From assembly GCA_963815095.1 (NCBI GenBank), contig CAWFFH010000003.1:896001-960000 (forward strand): a DNA stretch of 64,000 bases. Reading direction: 5' to 3'. Positions 38,217 through 48,636 of the stretch are shown piece after piece. The position numbers and the translations under genes were made by a program. Numbering within the stretch: the stretch's first letter is position 1; each line of letters starts with the position of its first letter. Under the pieces are notes generated by a model that was not told the origin of the DNA, made no database searches, and was given only the letters and a program-made list of their open reading frames with translations. The DNA is from Candidatus Bathyarchaeota archaeon (lineage in GTDB: Archaea; Thermoproteota; Bathyarchaeia; Bathyarchaeales; Bathycorpusculaceae).

Positions 38217-39071
38217 ATGTTTATTCCACGAAAAATGGTCGAGGAGAAGCTCAAACAATTCCTCGCCGACGACATCGGATTGGGTGACGTAACGGCAGCA
38301 GCAGTTATTTCCCCAAATTTAGTCGTTAAAGCAGAGGTTATTACAAAAGAATCGGGAGTCGCTGCTGGAATTGAAGAAGCAAAAATTCTTGCTGAATGTT
38401 TAGGGTTGACCGTTAACGTTAAAGTTGTAGATGGCGAAAAAATAAAAAACCAACAAGTCTTGTTACAGATTTCAGGTGATGCCCAGACTATTCTCTCAGT
38501 TGAGCGGACTATGCTTAATCTTCTGTCGCGAATGAGCGGCATAGCAACCAAAACCCAAATGCTAACCGAGAAGCTTGAAAAAGCAAACGTAAAAACAAAA
38601 ATTGCAGCAACACGCAAATCCGCGCCTGGACTGCTTTACTTTGACAAAAAAGCTGTTGCCATTGGGGGCGGGGATCCGCATAGGCTGCATTTGGATGATA
38701 TGATTCTCATAAAGGATAATCATCTTGCAATTGTAGGAAGCGTTGAAGAAGCCGTTATGAGGGCTAAATCTCATGGCTCTTTTACAAAAAAAATTGAAGT
38801 CGAAGTCACAAAAGGTGAAGATGCTTTGAAAGCTGCAAAGCTGGGGGCAGACATCGTGATGTTGGATAATTTTTCTCCCAAACAAGCTAAAGCGGCAGGT
38901 GAAGCCCTCAGGAAAGCTGGGTTTGGCAAAGTGCTGCTTGAAGTAAGCGGTGGAATCACTGGTGAAAATCTGTTACAGTATGCGCAAGCAGAAGTTGATG
39001 TCATAAGCATAGGTGAGTTGACTCATAGCGTTAAGGCTCTTGACATAAGTTTAGAAATTGTGAAAAAGTAA
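38217..39071 (+). CDS. nadC: Quinolinate phosphoribosyltransferase
   Basis: ERTMLNLL.RMSGIAT, TRK, HRLHL.D.ILIKDNH, EVEV, MLDNF, EVSGGI. Confidence 0.96.
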   Translation: MFIPRKMVEEKLKQFLADDIGLGDVTAAAVISPNLVVKAEVITKESGVAAGIEEAKILAECLGLTVNVKVVDGEKIKNQQVLLQISGDAQTILSVERTMLNLLSRMSGIATKTQMLTEKLEKANVKTKIAATRKSAPGLLYFDKKAVAIGGGDPHRLHLDDMILIKDNHLAIVGSVEEAVMRAKSHGSFTKKIEVEVTKGEDALKAAKLGADIVMLDNFSPKQAKAAGEALRKAGFGKVLLEVSGGITGENLLQYAQAEVDVISIGELTHSVKALDISLEIVKK

Positions 39072-39088
39072 GAAGGTTGTTTTCTTTT

Positions 39089-39640
39089 TTAGGCTACGAG
39101 ATTTATGAGCCAAACCTCAACTATGGCGCCAATGGCAAGCAAGCCCGCGCATGTTCCAATGAAGACTGCTGTCCACTTTAACTCCGCCCACCGCTGTTGA
39201 ATTAACCTTCTAAACAGCCAAATGCTCGAGGCCATCGCAATAGAGTAGGATAAGAATTCTAACCAGAACACAGGCGTCACAGTCAAGCTCGCTATACCAA
39301 GCCATACCGGGTAGCCATGCGTTATTGATATAGCGTTGAGGGCAACTCCAGTATCAAACAATATGAACATTCCCAGCGCAGCACCAGCGATCGGTATGAA
39401 CATCAACATGCAGATGGAGAAGTTGTTTATGAAAATGTATTGTGTCAAAGTGTTGGTAGCTTTGTTTTGGTTTAATGTCGCATTAACCTGGTTGCTCAGA
39501 GTTAACGCGTCATTCGAGCTGAGCGGAATATAACTTCCGATTATTGTGACTATGAAGGCAACTATGAAGATGGCGATAATCGAGTAAATTCGTTTTCGTT
39601 TGGGTGAAGCTTTCGTCCAAAAAGACAAATCCAATTTCAT
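39089..39640 (-). CDS. Stage II sporulation protein M (DUF95)-like membrane protein, copy 1
   Basis: IFINN, LMFIP..G, WLEF, GAIVE; paralog of 39777-40370. Confidence 0.75.
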   Translation of the reverse strand: MKLDLSFWTKASPKRKRIYSIIAIFIVAFIVTIIGSYIPLSSNDALTLSNQVNATLNQNKATNTLTQYIFINNFSICMLMFIPIAGAALGMFILFDTGVALNAISITHGYPVWLGIASLTVTPVFWLEFLSYSIAMASSIWLFRRLIQQRWAELKWTAVFIGTCAGLLAIGAIVEVWLINLVA

Positions 39641-39776
39641 TGCAAGGGTCCTTCGATTAACTTTTGCTCAAAAGTTACCTTTCGAATGACGCTTAAAAAC
39701 GTAACTCAACTATTAAGAATATAATCCCTGACAAGTAATGAGTAACATTAGAAAGCGTTGTTCATAGGCTTGGAGT

Positions 39777-40370
39777 TTAGAGCGGTATGGAGACTGCCCA
39801 GGTCTCAACGATTGCTCCAAGCGTAAGCAGCAAAGCAACCAGCCCGATTAATAACGCTGCGTTTTTGAGTTCTCTCCACCTGCGTTGCTTTAACCTCCGA
39901 AAAAGCCAGACGCTCTCCATCATGCCGATCGAGTAGGAAACGAACTCGAACAGGAAAGTCAATGCAATCAGAACCAAGACCAGAGTTGCTGTGGAAGCTG
40001 AGATGTTTTGGGTTGTTGTACTTGAAAAACCATTCGCGTTCGCGCTCACAACATCGAATATCGCTCTGAATGCTTGTCCAGAACTAAACATAATGAATAG
40101 ACCAATCGGTAACCCGGCAAGAGGAATGAACATGGCTAGGCAAAGCAAAAAGTTGTTTAAGAAAATGTTAGTTGCTAAACTGTTGGAGGCTTGACCTTGG
40201 ATGAGGGTTTGGTTGACCTGGTCATTCACTATCTGTTCTTCTTGGGGGCTAAGCGGAACAAGAACACCCACGACAGTAACTAAAATGGCTAACATGAAAA
40301 TGAAGAGGGTTGAGTAGATTCTTTTTCGCTTAGGCGAAGTGTTTTTCCAGAATGGCAAGTTAAGGTTCAT
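39777..40370 (-). CDS. Stage II sporulation protein M (DUF95)-like membrane protein, copy 2
   Basis: IFLNN, AMFIP..G, FEF, GAIVE; shares FW..SPKRKRIYS with copy 1. Confidence 0.75.
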   Translation of the reverse strand: MNLNLPFWKNTSPKRKRIYSTLFIFMLAILVTVVGVLVPLSPQEEQIVNDQVNQTLIQGQASNSLATNIFLNNFLLCLAMFIPLAGLPIGLFIMFSSGQAFRAIFDVVSANANGFSSTTTQNISASTATLVLVLIALTFLFEFVSYSIGMMESVWLFRRLKQRRWRELKNAALLIGLVALLLTLGAIVETWAVSIPL

Positions 40371-40390
40371 TCAATGGGGGCCTTCTAACG

Positions 40391-41089
40391 TTAGATTGGC
40401 TCTAATCTTAGAGCTCGAAAACCTCGTGCAATAGGGTTTAACGTTTCTGACAATTTAACCTTTTTTAAAACTCTTGATAAATCCGTGCTGAATCCGCGTA
40501 CATCATGCTCGTTTCCGATGAGCGAATAAAGATCAACTCTGTTACTGACGACTCTGGGCTGGCACATCAACGGTAACCCTAACAAAACACTTGTTTTCTC
40601 ATCTACCGCTTTTTGGGCAGCAAACAGAATTGCTTCTGCCCCAGCTGTCAACTCTGCAATCCGAACAGGCACGCTCTCTTTGCCAATAGCCAACATGTCT
40701 ATGTCGTGTAGTCGCTTGATTTCACAAGCAATTTTTCGGAGCTTTGGCAGAATCTTGAGGATGCTCTCTCGTCCCGTCTTTGATGCGCGCATGTTTAGAA
40801 GTTCAACAGGAGACAATTCCTCAACTGAAATTCCGCCCAAAGTTATATCCAAATGCACTACGTCCGCTTTCATTATATCCAGTAAGCTTCTGCAGAGTTC
40901 AGCTTCATGCACAATTATGTCAAACCCAGTTTCAACTTCGCGGAAAATTGGTTCAGCTAACCGAAAAGACGGTTCCCTATATGGCGGTTCAACCAATACT
41001 GCAACGGAAGCAACATGTAAAATTGGGTTGAAATGTTCATCTAAAATGGCTGCTGCGGAATCCGCTGAAATGACTTTCAAATCTTGCAC
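40391..41089 (-). CDS. DUF4152-like conserved archaeal protein
   Basis: VISADSAAAILD..F.P, VLVEPPY, VVHLD.TLGG, AIGKES.PVRIAE, LGLP, NP.ARGF. Confidence 0.7.
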   Translation of the reverse strand: MQDLKVISADSAAAILDEHFNPILHVASVAVLVEPPYREPSFRLAEPIFREVETGFDIIVHEAELCRSLLDIMKADVVHLDITLGGISVEELSPVELLNMRASKTGRESILKILPKLRKIACEIKRLHDIDMLAIGKESVPVRIAELTAGAEAILFAAQKAVDEKTSVLLGLPLMCQPRVVSNRVDLYSLIGNEHDVRGFSTDLSRVLKKVKLSETLNPIARGFRALRLEPI

Positions 41090-41118
41090 CTAACCAAAAA
41101 TGAACGTTTGTGGGAGAA

Positions 41119-41751
41119 TTAGTTTTCCCTTTCACATTCACGTGCAGTCTTTAAGCCTAACGCTAAAAGGTACATTTCGCTGCTTTGTTGTCGGCTTGCC
41201 TGAGGCTTTACCAACTTGACTTCTTCAAACAGCGTTTTTATGTGTAGCGTGAAGTCGTTGAGTAGGTCGCCTTCGAAGACTTTGACAAAAAAGTTTCCGT
41301 TTGGGCGCAGTACGCATTGGGCAATTTCTAGGGCTTGGGTAGCTAAGTCTATTTGTCGTGCATGGTCGACTTCCCATACGCCTGTAATGTTTGGGGCTGC
41401 GTCACAGAGAACTACGTCTGCTTTGCGTGGAATAAACGAGAGGATTTGGTCGACCGTCCCCTGTTCTGTGAAGTCGGCGATGATTGTTCTGATATAATCT
41501 TGCGTGAAAGGTTCAATCGGCTTTAAGTCAATGCCTAAGACGAAGCCGTGTTTTCCTGTCATCTTTCTTGCTGCTTGAATCCAGCCGCCTGGAGCTGCAC
41601 CTAAATCAACAATTATGTCGCGTAATCTAATGAAGCCATACTTTTCGTTAGCTTGAATAAGCTTGTAGATGGATCGGCTGCGATAATTTTCTTCTTTGGC
41701 TTTCTTAAAATAATATTCGTTTTTTCTTTCATTTAACCAAGCTTTCGGCAA
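41119..41751 (-). CDS. rlmE: 23S rRNA 2'-O-methyltransferase RlmE/FtsJ
   Basis: YRSRS.YKL, DLGAAPGGW, CDAAPN.TG, KVF.G, ASR..SSE.Y. Confidence 0.95.
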   Translation of the reverse strand: MPKAWLNERKNEYYFKKAKEENYRSRSIYKLIQANEKYGFIRLRDIIVDLGAAPGGWIQAARKMTGKHGFVLGIDLKPIEPFTQDYIRTIIADFTEQGTVDQILSFIPRKADVVLCDAAPNITGVWEVDHARQIDLATQALEIAQCVLRPNGNFFVKVFEGDLLNDFTLHIKTLFEEVKLVKPQASRQQSSEMYLLALGLKTARECEREN

Positions 41752-42178
41752 CGGAATCATCCTCAGGTAAATTCGGCTCTGATGTTGGGGAGCTTGGATC
41801 TTCAGGAGCAGCGGTGGCTGGTGCTGGCGGTTTTCCTAAGTTTAATATCCAATCTGTTAGTTTTGGGCAACTTTTCGGGGAAAGGGCAGTAGTTGGGTCG
41901 CAGCGTGCATTGTCTGGGCATAGTAGGCATGGGCAATCCACGATGGTTTCTATGGATGCAGGTAACCTTTTGGGGTAGAGCCTGTAGGTCCATCTGCCTT
42001 CTTGAAGTTCTTTTTCTCTGCGAATAAGTCCTTTCTCTTCTAATTTAATTGAGACGCGGGAACCTTCACGGCTGCTTGCGCCAAGTTCACGCCATAAATC
42101 TGACTGCAGTACACCCTGATAGCCTGTACCGACGACGTAGTGGAGTGCTTTCTGTTCAAGGTCATTACGCTTAGGCAT
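41729..42178 (-). CDS. RPC34/RPC39-like transcription factor E beta subunit (wHTH plus 4-Cys Fe-S domain)
   Basis: GVLQSDLWRELG...LEEKGLIRR...GRWTY wHTH; PCLLCP...C...SPKSCPKLTDW. Confidence 0.8.
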   Translation of the reverse strand: MPKRNDLEQKALHYVVGTGYQGVLQSDLWRELGASSREGSRVSIKLEEKGLIRREKELQEGRWTYRLYPKRLPASIETIVDCPCLLCPDNARCDPTTALSPKSCPKLTDWILNLGKPPAPATAAPEDPSSPTSEPNLPEDDSVAESLVK

Positions 42179-42248
42179 TTATGATCAGTTCCAAATAATA
42201 CAGTAATATAAGCGTTGGATTCACATAAAAATATGTATCCCTAGTTAA

Positions 42249-43289
42249 ATGTGGAATGGCATGAGAAAAATCGGGAAAGATGATTCAGGCAATTACTGTT
42301 TAGGGATCGAGTCTTCAGCTGATGACTTCGGAGTTGGAATTGCGTCGTTTAGTGGGGATGTCTTGGCGAACAAATCCGATAGTTACATCCCAGCGGAAGG
42401 CGGAATTCATCCCCGAGAAGCAGCACGTCACCATGCTGAAGTTGCAGATAAAGTGCTAAAAGAAGCCTTATCAAAATCTGGCTTAAAACCCAAAGACTTG
42501 TCGGCTATTGCTTTCTCTCAGGGTCCAGGTTTAGGACCCAGTCTACGTACAGGAGCCACTGTTGCTCGAGCCTTAGCCTCATATCTCGATATTCCACTTG
42601 TGGGAGTCAACCATTCCGTTGCTCATATTGAAATCGGTAAACTCAAAACTGGCGCCAACGATCCCGTGACCCTCTATGTTTCCGGAGGCAACACCATGGT
42701 GACAGCTTTTGAATCTGGACGCTACCGGGTGTTCGGCGAAACTTTGGACATTGCGCTGGGTAACTGTCTTGATGTTTTTGGTAGGGCAGCAGGGCTTAAG
42801 GGCCAGAAGGGCTTACCAGTTGGAGCCGCCATTGAGCGGTTGGCGCTTGCAGGTCGAAAACTGGTTTCATTGCCTTATGTTGTTAAGGGTATGGATTTGT
42901 CTCTTAGTGGCTTGTTAACAGCGGCTACAGTTGCGTTGCAAAAAGGCGATTGCAAACTCGAGGATTTGTGTTATAGTCTTCAAGAACATGCCTTCTCTAT
43001 GGTAACCGAAGTTACTGAGCGGGCGCTGGCTCATACCGAAAAGAAAGAGGTTTTATTGACAGGTGGAGTAGCTGCGAATAAAAGGTTGCAATTCATGCTT
43101 GCAATCATCGCCGAAGAGCACGATGCTCAGTTCAACGTGGTTCCTTTAGAATTCGCAACCGACAATGGCGCTATGATTGCTTGGACTGGCGTATTAGCTT
43201 TTAAACATGGTTTAGTTACTCCCGTTGATGAGAGCTACGTGAAACTCCGGTGGAGAGTCGACAAGGTGGATGTGCCATGGATACAATAG
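42249..43289 (+). CDS. kae1: KEOPS subunit Kae1 (t6A synthase)
   Basis: GGIHPREAARHH, GPGLGP.LR, VNHSVAHIEIG, GETLDIA.GN, DNGAMIA. Confidence 0.96.
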   Translation: MWNGMRKIGKDDSGNYCLGIESSADDFGVGIASFSGDVLANKSDSYIPAEGGIHPREAARHHAEVADKVLKEALSKSGLKPKDLSAIAFSQGPGLGPSLRTGATVARALASYLDIPLVGVNHSVAHIEIGKLKTGANDPVTLYVSGGNTMVTAFESGRYRVFGETLDIALGNCLDVFGRAAGLKGQKGLPVGAAIERLALAGRKLVSLPYVVKGMDLSLSGLLTAATVALQKGDCKLEDLCYSLQEHAFSMVTEVTERALAHTEKKEVLLTGGVAANKRLQFMLAIIAEEHDAQFNVVPLEFATDNGAMIAWTGVLAFKHGLVTPVDESYVKLRWRVDKVDVPWIQ

Positions 43290-43945
43290 ATAAAGTCGAC
43301 ACAATAAGGCTGCTCAAGAAGGGTGCCGAAGCCAGCCTCTTTTTAACTGAATGGTATGAACGAAAAGTAATCATTAAAGTTCGGGTTCCCAAAAAATACC
43401 GCCCCGAGGAATTAGATGAACAAATCCGAAATTACCGAACAATACATGAACCCCAGTTGATCCATGAAGCCAAAGCCGCAGGGGTGCCGACTCCGCTGAT
43501 TTACATGGTTAATGTGCATCACTCATCGATTACCATGGAGTACATTGAAGGACAACAAATAAAACAGGTTTTAAACAGCGTATCCAAAATCGAGCGGCAT
43601 GATTTATGTGTTAAAATCGGCGAATTCATCGCGCGATTGCATAAGCAAGGCTTAATTCACGGCGACCTAACCACCTCCAACATGATACTAAACCCCAACG
43701 GCAAAATCTTCTTTATCGACTTCGGGTTGGGTGAAAAAAACATCGAACTTGAAGCCAAAGGTGTCGATTTGCACCTGCTCAAACGAGCATTACAAAGCAC
43801 ACACTATCAGCATTGGGAAGAATGCTTCCAAAACGTCTTATGCGGCTACACATCCATAATAGGCGTCGATTTGGCGGAAAAAGTTTATGAGAAAATCAAA
43901 GAGATAGAGAGGCGTGGGCGCTATGTCGAAGAACGCAGACAGTAA
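43277..43945 (+). CDS. bud32: KEOPS kinase Bud32
   Basis: KGAEA, K.R.PK.YR, HGDLTTSN, IDFGL, VDLHLL, RGRY. Confidence 0.95.
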   Translation: MDTIDKVDTIRLLKKGAEASLFLTEWYERKVIIKVRVPKKYRPEELDEQIRNYRTIHEPQLIHEAKAAGVPTPLIYMVNVHHSSITMEYIEGQQIKQVLNSVSKIERHDLCVKIGEFIARLHKQGLIHGDLTTSNMILNPNGKIFFIDFGLGEKNIELEAKGVDLHLLKRALQSTHYQHWEECFQNVLCGYTSIIGVDLAEKVYEKIKEIERRGRYVEERRQ

Positions 43946-44537
43946 CCAATGTCAAATTCCGAAGCGTAAAGTTGTCTTTTTTGCGACAGGTAATATCAAT
44001 AAATTTAACGAGGCGCGAAGCATTCTTGGTCAACATGGGATTGCGGTTGGCATGCTTAAACTCAAAGGCGACGAAATTCAGAGTGAAAGTCTAAAAGAAA
44101 TCGCCCAGAAAAGCGTTTTAAATGCTTATAGACGGTGCAGGTTGCCGATTTTTGTTGAGGACGCAGGCTTATTCATCGATGCCCTAGAAGGGTTTCCTGG
44201 TCCATACGCAGCCTACATTTACCACACCATTCACAACAGCGGCATCCTCAAACTCATGGAAAACAAGGCTGAACGAAAAGCCAAATTCCAATCCGTCATA
44301 GCTTACTGCGACGACCAAACTCCCAACGAACCCATATGTTTTGACGGCGAATCCATAGGTCAAATAACAACGGCTGAACGCAAAGAACAAGCTAAATCAG
44401 GCTTTGGTTTTGATCCCATCTTCCAACCTGAGGGAAGCGCTAAAACTTTTGCGGAAATGACTATAGTTGAAAAGAATGGTTACTCGCATAGGGCGGCGGC
44501 TATTCGTAAGTTTGCGGAATGGTATAAGAACCAATAA
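43923..44537 (+). CDS. rdgB: Non-canonical purine NTP pyrophosphatase (RdgB/Ham1)
   Basis: ATGNINKF.E, VEDAGL, GFPGPY, GFGFDPIF, SHR. Confidence 0.95.
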   Translation: MSKNADSNQCQIPKRKVVFFATGNINKFNEARSILGQHGIAVGMLKLKGDEIQSESLKEIAQKSVLNAYRRCRLPIFVEDAGLFIDALEGFPGPYAAYIYHTIHNSGILKLMENKAERKAKFQSVIAYCDDQTPNEPICFDGESIGQITTAERKEQAKSGFGFDPIFQPEGSAKTFAEMTIVEKNGYSHRAAAIRKFAEWYKNQ

Positions 44538-44597
44538 GCAAGTTTTTCAAAAATATTATATTGTATTTCGTTGCATAAGCAGTTGTGGAGAAATATA

Positions 44598-45089
44598 ATG
44601 AGCCAAAACTCTCGTGGAAATTGGTCATTTAGCGAAGGTTTGATTACAGCCTTAGCGGTAGGCGGATTCCTGATTATATTGGGCTTGGTGGCGTTCACAC
44701 CCAGTATCGCCCAGAACACCAACACTTTCATCTCCGACCAAACCACTGTAACCTCTCATTTTGGTTCAAGCACCGTAAATTTGCCTGCCCCAGCACACCC
44801 TTCAGAGCACATTGAATTCTATAGCGCTGTGATAAATTTCCTGTTAGGCATTGGCATCCTGCAGATAGTCATATTAGGTCTAAGGTTATGGGTGAAATCG
44901 CCGATTAGGCGGATATCTCAAAGCGTTGGCGACTTGATTTTCTGGTTGGGCGCTGCAGTTGTGGCTAATGTTTTCCTCTTAACTGGTACACTTAATGGGT
45001 GGTTCCAGTTCTGGTCAGCGTTAATCATAATTATTGGTGTATCATTGATTGGCCGGTTTTTTGTTTATTTTGTGAAAAGGCATCAATGA
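44598..45089 (+). CDS. Hypothetical 4-TM membrane protein (paralog of 61782-62279)
   Basis: LPAP.HP..H, L.LR, FWLGA, WF.FW..II...G.SL..R shared with 61782. Confidence 0.75.
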   Translation: MSQNSRGNWSFSEGLITALAVGGFLIILGLVAFTPSIAQNTNTFISDQTTVTSHFGSSTVNLPAPAHPSEHIEFYSAVINFLLGIGILQIVILGLRLWVKSPIRRISQSVGDLIFWLGAAVVANVFLLTGTLNGWFQFWSALIIIIGVSLIGRFFVYFVKRHQ

Positions 45090-45193
45090 AACTGCCCCAA
45101 TAAGGGAACCCATAATTTTTCGGTTTTTCTTGTCAAAGGGATTACTTTTAAATATTGGGGCGGCGTGGTTAAGTTGCGCAAATAGGTGTAATA

Positions 45194-45634
45194 ATGCCCA
45201 AGCAAGAAAAAGGTAAATCGCATTCAATTCGCCCCGTTAGCAGGCGTCCTCCAAGCTGGTGCAAGTATCAGCCTGAAGAAGTAGAAGCATTCATAATTAA
45301 GCACGCCAAAGAAGGCCACTCACTCAGTAGCATAGGCACAATTCTACGTGACCAATATGCTATTCCACTTGTAAAACCCATAACGGGCAAGAGCATAAGC
45401 GACACACTCAAAGCTGCAAACTTAGCTCCAACAATGCCCGAAGACCTCTCCAACCTGATGAAAAAAGCTCAAAGCCTCGCAGTCCACATGGACAAAAACA
45501 AGAAAGACCTCCACAACAAACGCAACATGCAAATCATCGAAGCCAGAATTCACAAGCTCAGCCGCTACTATAAGCGTGAAGGCGTTATTGCGAAGAACTG
45601 GAAGTACGTGCCAAAAATCGCGTCCGTAACCTAA
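45194..45634 (+). CDS. rps15: 30S ribosomal protein S15 (S13e)
   Basis: GKSHSIRP, IG.ILRDQY, PEDL.NL, IEARIHKL.RYYK. Confidence 0.97.
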   Translation: MPKQEKGKSHSIRPVSRRPPSWCKYQPEEVEAFIIKHAKEGHSLSSIGTILRDQYAIPLVKPITGKSISDTLKAANLAPTMPEDLSNLMKKAQSLAVHMDKNKKDLHNKRNMQIIEARIHKLSRYYKREGVIAKNWKYVPKIASVT

Positions 45635-45721
45635 ACTTCTTCCTTTTAAATTTTATTATTTTTAAGTCATAGAAAGTTTAATATTTTCACTTATTGCATA
45701 GCAGTAAGTAGGCGAGCAAGC

Positions 45722-46345
45722 GTGCTCCAAAAACCAATCAAGACTAAAATTCGGCTTTACAGTATTATTGCATTAGCCCTAACGTTTTGTCTTATCCTAA
45801 CCGTTGCGGCTTCCTTATCATTTAGTCCAAAAGCCTCGGTTCAAGATCAATCTGAAGAATCTAATCTTCCCGACTCGGCTGCATTTTCTGACAACTTGTC
45901 CTCGGATATCAGCGTCAACGGTACTGATGAGCAAACCCAGAACGTAACGCAGGAAAACGTTTCGCTAATTACACAAGAACAAGCCCTCAACATATCCATG
46001 CCCATCATTGACCAATTTGTGATAAAATACAACCTAACATTATTATCGGTAAATACAACATTCGCCTACAGGCCGGATAACGACGGCTTAAGAGGAGGAC
46101 CCAGCTTATACCATCTAGTGGCCGAAAATCTTTCCTCATCAGAAATCTATAGCCAACTTAAAAGCTACCCAGTATGGACTGTGACAGCAAAATTCAACCC
46201 TGTTACGATTTATGGAAATGCGACCGATCGAAATGGCGAACCTTATACTTGGTATCCCGGGATGACTATTGAAAGTTATTTAATTAGACTTTGGGCGGAC
46301 AATGGGCAAATTTTTTATTCATCTAAAGAACCCTTAGTTTGCTAG
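45722..46345 (+). CDS. Hypothetical N-terminally anchored surface protein
   Basis: Basic then hydrophobic N-terminus, several NxS/T sequons, YPVW and WADNGQI (PepSY-like). Confidence 0.65.
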   Translation: MLQKPIKTKIRLYSIIALALTFCLILTVAASLSFSPKASVQDQSEESNLPDSAAFSDNLSSDISVNGTDEQTQNVTQENVSLITQEQALNISMPIIDQFVIKYNLTLLSVNTTFAYRPDNDGLRGGPSLYHLVAENLSSSEIYSQLKSYPVWTVTAKFNPVTIYGNATDRNGEPYTWYPGMTIESYLIRLWADNGQIFYSSKEPLVC

Positions 46346-46429
46346 TTTTCATTTTAGGACTTTTTGTTTTCTATAGATGCACCAGCTTTAAATTCGATTA
46401 TCGCCTTTTAGCCCGAGAAGTGAGTGGGC

Positions 46430-47900
46430 ATGGCTGCACAGCAACAACAAAACATCGAAGGCTTCTTAGCTGCGGCGAATGAAGCAGCAAAAGTAATTCT
46501 GGAAACCGCCAAAAAAGACGGCTTTATTCTTGTGTTCTCCCATTTGGATGCGGATGGGGTTGCTGCTGCAGGCGTCATGGGCAAGATGCTCCATCGACTT
46601 GATGCGCGTTTTCGGATTCGGGTTATGCAGTGGGTTGATGACAAAATCATCGGCGAAGTCATCGCTGACAAACCGCAACTCGTGATTCTTGACTGATTTT
46701 GGCAGCGGCTACCTTGATCTGCTCAATCAGAAAATTCCAAACGTCAAAGTTGTAATCCTCGATCATCATCAAATAAACAGCAAAGTGGTTAACTCCAATT
46801 TTACACAGGTTAATCCGCATATGTTTGGTATTGATGGGGCGACGGATGTTAGCGGTTCAGGTGTAGCTTACTTTGCGGCTAAAGCGGTGAATGCTGGGAA
46901 TGTGGATTTGGCTCCAATTGCCTTAGTTGGCGCGCTTGGGGACATGCAGGACAAGTACGAACAACGGAGTTTTCGCAGCCTAAACGAAATAATAGTGAAC
47001 GATGGTGTCGCCGCTGGTTTGCTTAAGGTTGATAAGGACTTAATTTTCTTCGGCAGAGAAACACGACCCATCTACAAGATGTTAACCACCACAACTAACC
47101 CGTTTATTCCCGGATTGAGCGGTCAAGAAACTGAAGCCTTGAATTTTGTTGCAAACTTGGGTATACCTCTAAAGCAAGGCGACAAGTTGCGGGCTCTTTG
47201 TGACTTAACTGATGATGAAAGAAAGCGGCTGTGTACGGCTTTAGCTGATTACTTGTTGTCTAAGGGGTTACATTTGGAAGTTGAGAACCTCATTGGATAC
47301 ATCTACGTTTTAACAAAAGAAGAACCCAACACTGCGTTGCGAGATGCACGTGAATTTGCGGTGGTTTTGAATTCGGCGGGGCGCATGGACAGGCCAAGCC
47401 TCGGCATTGCCATATGCATGGGCGACCGTAAAGCAGCTTTGGAAGAATCTAACAAAATCCTTGAGGACTACCGTAAAAACATCAGCAAATACCTCGGCTG
47501 GGTTACCGAAAAACCTGAACGAATGCGCGAACTTGAAAACATCTACGTTATCTACGGTGAAAACTTTATCAACGAAAAAATAATCGGCACCGTCTCTTCT
47601 ATAATTGTCTCAAACCTTGCCAACAACGAAAAACCGCTTTTAGCATTCGCCAATATTGAGGCAGAAAAAGCCGCAAAGTTTTCAGGACGAACAACCGAAG
47701 CGGCACTCCGCAAAGGCGTGAACCTTGGCGATGTGATGCGGATAGCTTCAGAAATGCATGGAGGAAAAGGCGGAGGACATAACATCGCAGCAGGCGCCCA
47801 AGTGCCCCTGGATAAAGTGATTGATTTCGTTAAGACGGCCGACGAGTTGGTAGGTCGGCAACTTAAGGGTGAGAAGCTTGGAAGCAACAGTCACACTTGA
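46430..47900 (+). CDS. RecJ-like DHH phosphoesterase, split by a +1 frameshift at about 46690
   Basis: SHLDADG (ORF 1); TDFGSG, LDHH, VGALGD, GGGHNIAAG (+1 frame); rps15-DHH-pcc1 order. Confidence 0.9.
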
Positions 47901-48123
47901 GTACAAAGATGAAAAAACCGCGGAATCTATTTCCAAGGCGGTTTCGCCTGACAACTTCAAAACCCCAATTGGGTTGAAGGTGAAAACTGTGAGGGAAAAC
48001 AACAAAGTAATAACCAACATCAAATGTGAGGGAAAACTTGCTACCTTCACCGCTACTATTGACGACCTACTCTTCAGTGCATCCACTGCGGAAAAAACGC
48101 TTCATATCATACAAAATAAATAG
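47869..48123 (+). CDS. pcc1: KEOPS subunit Pcc1
   Basis: A..I.KAVSPDN...ATIDDLL; size and position after the DHH gene. Confidence 0.85.
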   Translation: MRSLEATVTLEYKDEKTAESISKAVSPDNFKTPIGLKVKTVRENNKVITNIKCEGKLATFTATIDDLLFSASTAEKTLHIIQNK

Positions 48124-48209
48124 CAAAGCGTTTTCTCCAAAATTTTTTGAAAACAAAGGGGATGTTGTTTTGACTTTTTTAGCTGCGATTAGATGTTGAA
48201 AATAGAGCT

Positions 48210-48623
48210 TTATTGTATGGGTTTATAATTTAAAGCGATTGCTCCGCCAATGATTCCAAATCCTGCGCCGACAAAGTATCCGCCCATGCCTACAAAGCTG
48301 ATCGCTGAAAACACCACGATTATTGCTCCCCAACTGACATGTTCCTCAGGATGAACTCTTAAAACCAAAGCGCTCATCACAACAATTACTCCGCAAACAA
48401 GGCTGACTACGGAGACAGCGGTGAAAAAACTGTTAGAGCTGCCATAGGTGCCCATGAAGCCGTGATAGCCTCCAATCATGCTGCGCATGTAGCTGCCAAA
48501 GCCGCTCCAAGAAGGAGCGTTGGCACCAAACCAAACGGCATTAATCAAGCTTACAACAAGGACAATTAAGCCTCCAACAAAAGAAATAACAAATGGCAAA
48601 AAAACTCCCTGTCTAGTACTCAA
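48210..48623 (-). CDS. Hypothetical membrane protein
   Basis: TTG start after GAGGAGGTG SD; 4 TM helices, WG.II..FS.IS..GMGG...GA..GIIGG. Confidence 0.75.
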   Translation of the reverse strand: MSTRQGVFLPFVISFVGGLIVLVVSLINAVWFGANAPSWSGFGSYMRSMIGGYHGFMGTYGSSNSFFTAVSVVSLVCGVIVVMSALVLRVHPEEHVSWGAIIVVFSAISFVGMGGYFVGAGFGIIGGAIALNYKPIQ

Positions 48624-48636
48624 TAATTCCACCTCC

